DNA of 62,861 nt, filler included, from Bigelowiella natans CCMP2755 (lineage: Eukaryota; Protista; Cercozoa), in the NCBI GenBank assembly GCA_000320545.1. It is 4 parts of 4 records of this genome, joined end to end, with 100 filler letters (N's around TTAATTAATTAA, not from the genome) between each part and the next. Parts side by side here need not be neighbours in the genome. Positions count along the whole stretch, not along the records: positions 1 to 30,815 come from ADNK01001805.1; 3 more parts are not named here. One strand, 5' to 3'. Below the pieces are notes generated by a model that ran no database searches, had not been told where the DNA came from, and saw only the letters and a list, made by a program, of their open reading frames with translations. This document shows positions 1 through 9,889 of the stretch, piece by piece (position 1 is the stretch's first letter; each line of letters begins with the position of its first letter). The position numbers and the translations under genes were made by a program.

Positions 1-8
1 AGAATAAA

Positions 9-345
9 GATAAAGACAAATACTGGCTCTACTACCAATATAACCAAGCCGCCATCTTCTAACAAATCTTCCCCATCTCCTACAATAAAGACAAATACTA
101 GCTCTACTACCAATATAACCAAATCGCCATCCTCTAACAAAACAAATCTTCACCATCTCCTACATTAACGACAAATACTAACTCTACTACCAATATAACC
201 AAGCCGCCATCGTCTAACAAGCCTTCTCCATCTCCCAGAATAAAGACAAATACTGGCTCTACTACCGATATAACTAATCCGCCGTCTTAGTAAAGCACCA
301 TCGTCATCTCTCCAGTAAAGACAATAAGTAGTTCCTCCAACGATG
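9..345 (+). repeat. ~75-bp minisatellite (about 4.5 units), possibly a Ser/Thr/Pro mucin-like coding repeat
   Basis: ATAAAGACAAATACT-like unit starts recur at ~10, 85, 165, 240 and 315. One frame reads IKTNTGSTTNITKPPSSNKSSPSPT. Unit 2 has an extra AACAA that breaks the frame. Confidence 0.8.
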
Positions 346-1028
346 GAACCGAGCCACTACCATCTTAGAGCACTGTGCATTACTCCATGATTGTTACGCT
401 AGCAAGCTATGCACTTAGTACAAATTTCAATGCTGATCTCGGCACAATAGTAAGAAACACACACGCGACATGCGCGCACCTAAGAAGGTAGTTTTTGCAA
501 ACCCTAATGCGCAATGACCTTAGTGCAAATGGCATGCCTTGGGACGCTAGCACGACCCAGCTAGCCAGTCGCAATGAGATGTGTGGCTCTAAACTTTTGC
601 GCAGATCCTTGTCTGGGCAATGAGACGTGAGCAGACGTGCGCGCAATGTTGAAACGTTGCCATTTGCGTTTGACATTGACAGTGTGAAGGCTCGAGCGCG
701 CACATGTTTGTCCACACTAGCAGGGACGGCAGCTAACAGGCGCACATTTCCAAAGTTGCATGCATGCTAGCATGTGTGCCACGCCCATGAATGCATGCAC
801 GCTAGCGTTAGCTAGCACGCGACACCAGCTCAAGAGCTCTACTACATCTAGCCATGCTGCATGGAGCTGTGGTACATGGGTAGATCGAGTGCGTAGGCAC
901 ACTGTGGCACACTCTAGCACTACTAGACTAGCTAGCACACTAGCACATTGAAATTCACACTGTGCTAGCATGGACAAAGTGCACAGCTGCATCAATCCCG
1001 GTGACGAGTGAGTTTTGAACAAACTGTG

Positions 1029-1397
1029 CTTTGCGCGTGAGGCCTGGCGCGCTCAATCGTTGCAATTGGACATTGCTAGATTGGAAGCACACTGGAGCCT
1101 GTTTGAGGTTCAAATTTGATTTTTTTTTCGAATTTCAGCTTGAAAACCTCACTTTTCAACGCCTGCCAGCGGGCGAAAATTGAAAAATTCTTGCCACTTT
1201 TGAACACGCTAGCGCATTTGCATTTGTGTAATTGTCCCTCTGCGCCGCGCTTGCGCCCGCAACACGTCGCGCAATGTCGGAACAATCAACGGAAATTGTG
1301 ATGCACAACTGCAATTTGCGTGCCACAAGTTTTGCAAGCTCATGAGGGTGTGTGCACACTGGCTTGATGGACGTGCGAAGTTTCAGCACACGCACGC
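1029..1397 (+). mobile_element. Degenerate interspersed repeat, copy A (inverted copy at ~6483-6780)
   Basis: GCGCTCAATCGTTGCAATTGG...TTGGAAGCACACTGGA...TGCCACAAGTTTTGCAA.CTCATGAGGGTGTG matches the reverse complement of 6483-6780. Confidence 0.8.
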
Positions 1398-1414
1398 AAA
1401 AAGCACACACCTCA

Positions 1415-1824
1415 CAAGTCCGTCAAACCCGGCAACGACGGGGTTGTGAACAGTGCAGCGCTTTGCGACGCGCTTTGAAGCAGCAGGCAGTTGCAGTTGG
1501 TCAAACAAAAGTCATCAGAACTTGTCCGATGGCCAAACCTGAAAAAATGACCGAAATGTTGACCAAAATGTCCATTTTCAAGGCCTCAAAGTGTGAAAAT
1601 TCACACTCGTTGTGCAGCGGATGCACGCTGCGCGTTTGTTCTCTGCCACATTTTGAATGCTTTTGCGTGTGCGTTTGACCAAATGTGACATGCACGAAAA
1701 ATTTCAAAGAAATGCGAGCAAATCCAATGCTAGAATGTCCATTTGCATCACATGACGCGCTTGGTCACGCGCAAAAGCTTCCAAATGCACATTCTGGCGA
1801 TTCGTCACCGGTTTGACGGACTTG
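1415..1824 (+). mobile_element. MITE-like element copy 1 (~410 bp, ~25-bp TIRs, probably Tc1/mariner-type with mutated TA TSD)
   Basis: Left end CAAGTCCGTCAAACCCGGCAACGA and right end TCGTCACCGGTTTGACGGACTTG are inverted repeats. Flanks CA (1413-14) and TG (1825-26) fit a TA TSD after TA>CA/TG conversion (inference). Confidence 0.75.
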
Positions 1825-1996
1825 TGCTGGGCGCGCGTGGACACCCTGGTGTGTGCTCAATGACCCTCAATAGACAATTCATGCCATTCGTTACACGTTT
1901 GACACAGTTGTGTGCATGCAATGTGATGCACATGATGCACACGCTGGCACGTGTGGACATTGTTCACCGACCACGCTAGCAGGTGCAGCGCTAGCA

Positions 1997-2425
1997 CAGC
2001 TAGACAGCTCCATTAAACTGCAACGAATCGCCAGAACATTCATTTGGAAGCTTTTGCGCGCGACCAAGCGCGTCATGTGATGCAATGGACATTGGATTTG
2101 CTCGCATTTCTTTGAAAATTTTCGTGCACATCACGATTGCTAGATTGGTCAAACACACACGCGCAAAAGCATTCAAAATGTGGCAAAGAACAAACGCGCA
2201 GTGTGCATGCTCTGCACAACGGGTGTGCGTGAATTTTGACACTTTGCGCGCTCACTGAGCCTTGAAAATGGACATTTTGGTCAACATTTCGGTCATTTTT
2301 TGAGGTTTGGTCATCGCTAGCATCGGACAAGTTCTGATGACTTTTCCGTGACCAACTTCAACTGCCTGCTGCTTCAAAGCGCTGCACTGTTCACAACCCC
2401 GTCGTTACCGGGTTTAGTGGAGCTG
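1997..2425 (-). mobile_element. MITE-like element copy 2, inverted relative to copy 1
   Basis: The reverse complement aligns along its length with 1415-1824 (e.g. GTCATCAGAACTTGTCCGATG, AAATGACCGAAATGTTGACCAAAATGTCCATTTTCAAGGC). Confidence 0.8.
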
Positions 2426-3255
2426 TGAGTAGCGTGCCTCCAATGCCAGCTAGCTAGCTAGCTAGAGCAGACCCATCTAGCCATGCAGCTCTGAGCTGCA
2501 AGCTGCGCTACAATCATGACGAAATAACTCTACTAGCTAGCTAGTCTATGCCAGGAGCATTAAATACGTGTTGCGAAATGTTTTAATCGCTTTGATCTGA
2601 ACTGTACATTTTGTGTCGTGTATGTTCGTAGCGTGATAAGTCTCCTCTAAAAATATGCGTCTCTGTGTTCCAAATCGTTGACCCTCTTTGATAAGAGATT
2701 GCATACTCGAAATGCCCTTCTCTACTATGATGCTGAAAACATCTCATCAACTCAAGGGGGGCTCTCTATCCATGAGATCCTGCTACGTTTGAATTTAATT
2801 TATGCACGATCGTGTCTAGCAAGCAGAAACAGGTGCCATTGCTGACAATGTGTGCAAATAAACTCGGAAGATAATGGATCAACAGGTTCAAATGATAATG
2901 GAACTAGTTCCGTGCAGTGGTGGCCCAAAAGGCAAAAAGAGAATTGTACATGCATAACAAGCTAGCAAGTTTCGCCGAGAGATTTTTTTCAAGAATCTTC
3001 AAGAAATTGAAAAAAATAATTCATGTTGAGCCATGTGAATTACTGCGTGGGCGGTTGTTTTCCCAGAAGAGGTATCGATAATGGGTTTTGGAACAAATCT
3101 GTTTGGTCCTTTTTTTATGCATTACTCGCGATGAAGGCACCGTCTTGCGGTGTGTTCATAATCAGGACGATAACGATGTAATTCCTTTCTTATTATCCCT
3201 TTTCCGAATGCACGGTATTCTTTACAGATGAATTTCAAATTTAGTAACTATAAAT

Positions 3256-3296
<41 letters not shown>

Positions 3297-3593
3297 CATA
3301 TATACATCTAATGTAATGTGTATGTGAAAGAGATCCTCAGAAATTTAATGTTGGATAGTATATAAATTATGGAAATTAGTATTCCGTGGTTAAGAAAACA
3401 CTTTTCAGGCTACATATATTCTCTTTCAGCTGGTTCTTCGTAAGAAGATTCAAAAATTTCTCTTGGCTTTGTAACAATAACCCTCTACCAATTTATACAA
3501 CAAACCCGTTCAACGGAACTAACCGCTCAAACCACTAGCCTATTGAGTGTGCTAGCACGAAGGGCCTGGAAATAAAACTGCCCATTTACTCCC

Positions 3594-4421
3594 TCAATAA
3601 AGCGCAATTCCCGGCTTTCCGATCTCGTCTCCCATCAGCACGTTCAGATCCGAATTCTCAAGGTTAGATTCGTCAAAAAGAAGATCAATATCGTCCTCGG
3701 AAGAAAGAGTCGGTTCCGTGGACAAACTATCATCACGGACTAGGTCAAGCGCAGGGTTGACACCTCTTTCCCCGTCGTTTGATTCATTACTGTTAGTAGC
3801 ACCCGTGGTTAGTGAGCTGTCAAAATTTTCTTCTAAACTTGGGGTGCTAGGGGGGGTCGTTGAACAGTTCATCCAGCTAGTCGTTGTGCTCACCAACATC
3901 GCCTTTGAGCTACCCTCTTTCAGTTCTGATCGCCTAGGCAAGTTGCCATACTTTGGCTTAGCTGGGAGAGATGGACTTAAATTGTGCCCAGAGACAAGCG
4001 TAGAGGATGGTCTAAATGCCGGGGTCATGAGCAGATCGCGCTTATCATTGGAACCGTTTTTAACCTGATGGAGACCCTGTTTGTATTTTTGGATAATAGA
4101 ATCTTGATGCTTAATTGGAAGACTCATGACGATTACACTGCTCTTCCCTTCGTTGCTATTTTGCGAGCATTTTCTCCCCATAATGGTTGTAGTTGATAGT
4201 TCATTTACTGGGATGGGAGTGCGGCGAATTCGCTTCTCCACCTGGACATGGCCCCTATATTGTTGCCCTTCTCTCATTTGATTTCCATCTCGCGTACGTT
4301 TTAATGATCTTAGATCCATTGGCAGAATTGGCGAATTACCAGACTTGGACCGATGGCGGGAGCGGCGAAAGTTTTGCAAACTCTCATAGAGTTGGGGAGA
4401 AAGTATTGCAACGGATTCCAT
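3594..4421 (-). CDS. Hypothetical Ser/Thr-rich protein, single exon, 275 aa
   Basis: ATG-initiated 828-nt ORF in AT-rich flanks with an acidic C-terminus. No family recognised. Confidence 0.55.
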   Translation of the reverse strand: MESVAILSPQLYESLQNFRRSRHRSKSGNSPILPMDLRSLKRTRDGNQMREGQQYRGHVQVEKRIRRTPIPVNELSTTTIMGRKCSQNSNEGKSSVIVMSLPIKHQDSIIQKYKQGLHQVKNGSNDKRDLLMTPAFRPSSTLVSGHNLSPSLPAKPKYGNLPRRSELKEGSSKAMLVSTTTSWMNCSTTPPSTPSLEENFDSSLTTGATNSNESNDGERGVNPALDLVRDDSLSTEPTLSSEDDIDLLFDESNLENSDLNVLMGDEIGKPGIALY

Positions 4422-5220
4422 ATATTATTCTAACTATTTAAATAATTCGTTTGTCCTTGTTCTGTTATCTAGTCTTCAACCAACGCGAAACGAACCAATT
4501 TCCTAACACCTTAGGGGGGGGTCACTCTCGTAATGTTATGAACAGGTACGCAACTTTGTTCTCCTTTCGACTAGGAATAATAAAGATATAATCAAGTCGC
4601 AGAAGAATAATAGGCTTCCATTTCATGACTCTCCTGACTAATACATACAGCTCACTCTCAATTGGCAGAGTGAAGAAATGATATATTCAGCATAGAAATT
4701 TTAATATATTAATTTACGATGTCTGAGATATCAGGAAACATGTGTAAAGACTCGGAAAAATGGCGATAATTGTGTTAGATTTTGCATCAATTTATGAAAC
4801 TTAATGCATCATCTCACACAATTATATTTGAAAATGTATTCAAAACAAATTCGATGCAACTTCGATAAAAATAAAAGTTAATTGATCCATAGTAAGAAAA
4901 TATGATCACTCATCGTGATCTAAACATGAATATAACATGTTATTTAATTATGAGAAAATATTGTCCTTTACAAAATATGTCTTAAGAGTTTGATTACTCT
5001 GTCGTACTTCCAATTGCCTTTCGAGCCTCAACTCGTAGTTTTGAGACTTTACATAGAGCAGATTCAATATAAACATCCATGTAAGATTCTATGAATGCTA
5101 TTTGCGACATATCAAACACGATTAAATTGCAATTGCTTCGTACTCCGCCAATTACCAATCCAAATAGTTTACAGGCGCGGAAGGTTTTAAATAAAAAAGG
5201 CGGCTGCAAAAAAGAAAAGA

Positions 5221-5798
5221 AATATTTCGGCACAAGCATTCTGCAGTTTATGCGTCTCGGTAAATCTCCATAAACTCTCATCTGTCTCCGAGCCTTCCCT
5301 CGGTGCAGGACGAGTAAACGCCGGCGAAGTTCGGAACGGAATTCTTATCCCACCCCTACTCCTTAGATTGAGCAATAGCAATGCCACGGCTCGAAGTCCG
5401 ACGAAGACGGTGATTAACTATACCTGTAATTCAAATGAATTTTTTTAGAATATTATTTTAAACCATATATGCGTGGTTGAACATCAGACGCGTAGCGGCT
5501 GAAGGCTCTCTGGAAGGAGGTTCCGTGAGAGGGGAAGATGAAAGGCTCGAGCTTTTGAAAAGAGAATATGCTCAGAGACAGCAGCGATTTAGCCAGGCTC
5601 AGTCAAAGGTTACTCGCATTTTTTATCATAAAGTATGAAAATTAATCGCCGAAATTTATTCAGGCTCTCCTACCGATTATCACGATATGGGGTCTTTACG
5701 TCGTATTCTCCCACGGAATTTTCAGTAAAGCAATGATACCTGTCATAATAATGGCTTTCGTGGCTCTAGCTTTTATGTATAAAAACTCATCGAAATAA
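5221..5798 (+). CDS. Small spliced hypothetical protein with C-terminal transmembrane segments (start uncertain)
   Basis: Exon reads EGSLEGGSVRGEDERLELLKREYAQRQQRFSQAQSK, then a GT..AG intron (~5609-5663), then ALLPIITIWGLYVVFSHGIFSKAMIPVIIMAFVALAFMYKNSSK-stop. Confidence 0.45.
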
Positions 5799-6482
5799 TG
5801 TACACCCAGGCTTGGTGAGTGGTAGATCACAGGTAAACATAATATCTGAAGATTTCTGCCCAATTGCAGCCATTTTTTAAGGAAATATGCGTGTATACGT
5901 TTTCATTCTACATGATATGAAAAATGTACACATCAAATACACGCATATCAGTAAGAAAGTCACTAAAGCTACAGTGAACTAGACAACATTGTCAGCATGC
6001 GAGCACATATCACATAGCTGTTAAACAGTCAGCATGCAGGGAACGCTAGCATGCAGTGGGCTATTCACTGCATGCATATCTATATCTAGTCTAGGCAGGC
6101 TGCATTTGCAGTCCATGGCCGTGCAAAAGAGTCTCTAAGTCCTGCATGTAGACCCATGAAAATTGATACCTCCCTTGCTAGCTTAATTGTGCATCATGGA
6201 AACATGAATGTCATCACTAGATCATGCTTTCATGACAAAATTGGAGAATGAGACAAAGTCCTTGTGCGTACGCGCATGTGCGTGTGTGGGCGCGTGTGCA
6301 TTGTTATGCTCATTTGATCATGGTGTACTTCTTGTAGAGCACAATGACGTGTGGTCTTCTAGTCTTCACAACCACGTTCTCACACAACTCCCTAGCTCCG
6401 TCAGACCTGCAACGGGTGGCATGACCTCTCAATTGGCCACTCAGCACACACCCGCGTACACGCGTCTACGCACGCGCGGGTG

Positions 6483-6780
6483 TGTGCATGTGTGTGCTGA
6501 AATTTTGCAATGCGATGTGAAGCTAGGTGGTGCACACTCCAGCACTGTGCACACTGGCACACCCTCATGAGATTGCAAAACTTGTGGCACAGCAAGCTCA
6601 ACTGCGCTGCAGCTGTCATGCTGTTTCAGAAGTGGCAAGCATTTTGCCATTGTTTGCGCCCGCTGGACAATGGCAGGCGTTGAAAAACAAGGTTTTGAAG
6701 CTGAGATTCGAAAAAATTCAAAATTGAACTTCAAACAGGATCCAGTGTGCTTCCAACAGCCAATTGCAACGATTGAGCGC
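6483..6780 (-). mobile_element. Degenerate interspersed repeat, copy B
   Basis: Inverted, diverged copy of 1029-1397. Confidence 0.8.
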
Positions 6781-7560
6781 TCCAGCTAGCCAGGCTGCGC
6801 GCGCATGATGGACACAGCAACCATCATGCGCAAAGCATGCTGCAAACTCCAGTCGTCACCGGGTTTGACGGAGTTGTGCAGGAAAACGTGTCCCTGCAGT
6901 CCCTGCTGCTGCCAGCATGGCCTGTGAGAGCACTGGAGCAATCCTCCGTGCTGACATGGCAGCACGTCGTTCTGGCATTGTCGCGCACACTGGCACCAGC
7001 AACGTGAAGCACCACACATCACGTCTCGATTTGCATGATTTGCACTTGCGCACCAGCGGTGGAACTTCATTGAACGATCCAGCGACGTGATTCAACGTTT
7101 GTTTTCATCAACCACCACAGACACACACACAATCGCTCCATGGCAGCGAACAAGCAATTGAGCCGTGAGCTGGATGCAATCATCCCCTTCTTTGCTTGCT
7201 CATCAGCTCACGTTCTTGTCGATGCTCCCATGCTCGCGCAAGTGTGACAAGCGTGCAGTTGACACTCAAGCGAGCATGACTGTGCGCACTGCAGCAGGTG
7301 AAGTGGCACAGGTGCGACAAGCACTGCCATGGCGCTTCAGCCTGCTGCGACAAGGAATGCATGCACACAATCTGCGACAAGACTTTGTCTTGTCGCGACC
7401 TGGAAGTGCAATGCAATTGCGTGTGACTGATGACAAGCTTGACATCCATGAGAGGGCGGTCAAGCACGTGCACGATGACATCACAGTTCAACCTGAACAT
7501 CGCCACTTGCTCGTTTGCCACCTTTGTCTCACCACGCGCACACCGCACCGCACCCAAACT

Positions 7561-8580
7561 TTCAACAGGTCAAGAGCCACAGAGTGAGAAAAGTTCGCTG
7601 ACGAGTCACATTGCGAAAAACCATGACCCAGTTGTCTTTCCTGAGCAAAGCCAAAGTTCACCTGAGCAGGTCGGGAAACAACTTCAACCATTGCGCCTTC
7701 ACGATGAAAGCTGTTTTCGCTGCCGAAAACACGATCGATTGTTTCGAAATGGCGAAACCATCGACCATGGTCAACAGGCCAGCGAAACCAATTGACGTCA
7801 TCAAGAATCCGGAGCACTGCAGGGAGGTGGCACGGATCAGCGAGACCGAAGCTGAAGTCTGGCGTGCCAACGTGCCCACCACCAACACGGACGATGAGGC
7901 TGATGTGAGAGCCCACGCCGCGATGTGCCTGACGGTGCACTCCGCTCACCAACACTCACTTGACAACTCCGGAGGTCTTGCAGCTGTCGCCTGGGCCCGT
8001 CTCACGGAAAGGTTCAAGCCCACCGATGACGCACCTGTGCACGAGTTGAGCAGTGGTCTGCAACAAGCCTCCATCGAAAACTTCGATCACGACGCAGAGG
8101 CACATTGCTCCAAACTTGTTGCCATCTGCGGAAGGCTGCACAGCGCGAACCAGGCTGTCAGCGAGCAGGTGCAGATGACCTGTTTTGCACGTTTGCAAAT
8201 GGATCAAAGCCGAAGAGAAAGTGCAAGGCCATCGTGCATGGTCTGGCTGCGGCCAATCACAAACAGCCAAAAACGTGCACGGAGCAGCTGCGAGATCTGC
8301 TCAGTGCAAAAAGGATGGCCACCAATCGAGACGGACAGGAGAAAAACCACGTGCAGGCAGAAGTGAAGAGAACTTGCGTGAAAAAGCGTCCGGCGCAGGA
8401 AACGATGAATTGTCAGGGAAACCAATGTCATCACGGTGATGGTGATGACAATCACCGGCGCGGACGAGGCAGAGGGTCGCGCGGTTCTCGCGGTGGAGGA
8501 GGACGCGGACGCCGAGGACGAGGGCGTGGTGGAAGAAAGCGACACCACAACAACAACAAGAAGGTCACCTTTGTGGGCAC
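7561..8580 (+). pseudogene. Truncated, hypermutated Ty1/Copia gag remnant
   Basis: Putative LTR end CAACA followed by PBS-like GGTCAAGAGCC (cf. copia GGTTATG[A/G]GCC). The ORF from ATG 7623 has copia gag motifs (NNFNHCAFTMKAVF; RAHAAMCLTV; AWARLTERF). It frameshifts at ~8190, runs into an RGG-rich tract, and stops at KKVTFVGT where the zinc knuckle would begin. Confidence 0.75.
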
Positions 8581-9180
8581 GTGGCTCCTTGTGACGTGCA
8601 CAGAGCTGCTGGCACACCTCTTTGGATGTGTGCAGCGAGTGCTGACATGCACGTTCAGGACCTTCATCCTCCACGATGTGCACAGCACCTTCTGCTGGTG
8701 CACATCAAGTGGGCACAGAGCCTGCTTCTCAATTGCAACGGGCCATCGCTCCGATGTGTGCAGCTCGTGCTGACACATGACGAGCTGCTCCAACGACACG
8801 TGCAGCTTCTGTGGCTGACACACGTTCCACCTGTGAATCATGGATTTTGAATTGCAACACGTGCAGCACAGCTGATGCATCACACAATGAAACGACGTGT
8901 GCAGCGCAGCTGGTGTGTTGCAAAGTTGAGTGATGCACGTGCAGCTGGTGCTGCTGACACGTGTTCTCTCTGTCACAAAAGAAAACAGGTTTGAACTTGC
9001 AGCACGTGCAGCACAGCTGATGTGTCGTGATGTTTGACAACACGTGCAGCGTGGCTGACACATTGTGGCATTGATGTGACACCACGTGCAGTCTTGCAGC
9101 TGACACAAGGTGCAACTTGCATGCAGGCTTTGCCTGGTGTCAAGCACATGCAGCTGTGGGCTGTTGCAAACGTGTGGGTT
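8575..9180. repeat. Degenerate tandem repeat (core CACGTGCAGC...GCTGA[C/T])
   Basis: The motif recurs near 8797, 8858, 8936, 9003, 9041 and 9084. The region is TA-free. Confidence 0.6.
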
Positions 9181-9524
9181 GCATGCAGCTTGCGGCTGGC
9201 ACACGATGCGAACTTGTTCACTGGCCACCTCGCACGCACACATCGAGACGCGCGATGGCGTGGCCACTCTGGCTGCTGGCACTCCTTCTCCTGCTGGCCT
9301 GGTCTCAATCGACCACAACAACACGATGCATCATCAACCACAACAACCAGTGCCACAGTCACGTGGCTGACAATGGCGGTCTGCTAGCGGTCTCCGGCGA
9401 GACTGCCAGCTGCTAGAGCTGGTCTGGCCAGCTAGGTCTAGCGGTGATCGAAAAGTCATTGTTGCAAAATTGCGCTGCACCGTGCCACTTGGCCACTTGG
9501 TGGTGCATGTGATTGACAGGAACA

Positions 9525-9850
9525 TGTAGCGCGTACCACTACGCGGGCACAAGTCACGTGCGACAACAAAGGGGTTGTCGCGGATATAGAATATAGATAA
9601 CGTAGATATTAATACAGCATAGGCACGTGGGTTCCGGCGGGACTCATGGCAGCACACCGGAAGTGTGCTGCCCCACGTGCGGCGGCATTCGCGAAAGCTT
9701 CGCGAATGATTACGCAGTGCACGATTTAATAAAAATATAATCTTTAATAAAAATAAACACAACTCTTCAAAAGGAAGCAAACGTGCCTTTCCCCCCCCCT
9801 GCCTACTTGTGCACGTAGCGCCTCGGCCTGTGAACACCTTACGCGCAACA
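9525..9850 (+). repeat. 5' LTR
   Basis: TGTAGCGCGTA...TACGCGCAACA (imperfect 11-bp terminal inverted repeat). Contains a duplicated TTTAATAAAAATA. Confidence 0.97.
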
Positions 9851-9855
9851 ACCTT

Positions 9856-9877
9856 TGGCTTCCACACACGGGAAACG
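9856..9877 (+). promoter_or_regulatory. Putative primer-binding site (tRNA not identified)
   Basis: TGGCTTCCACACACGGGAAACG, 5 nt downstream of the LTR. It starts with TGG, complementary to tRNA CCA. Confidence 0.6.
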
Positions 9878-9889
9878 ATTTGACTAACA

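Noticed and set aside
9-345. CRISPR-like array
   Set aside because: Whole units are homologous with no unique spacers. The context is eukaryotic with no cas genes.
6789-9384. CpG-methylation decay or classical RIP as the cause of TG/CA excess
   Set aside because: CpG is plentiful and TA is absent. RIP would increase TA, and a MITE copy retains TA at the discordant site.
6786-9416. Many overlapping Cys/His-rich ORFs on both strands
   Set aside because: By-product of TAA/TAG loss. Only the copia gag frames have recognisable motifs.
9334-9867. Antisense ORF across the LTR (repeated at 14868-15344)
   Set aside because: It extends into unrelated flanks, has no motifs, and recurs only because the LTR is duplicated.
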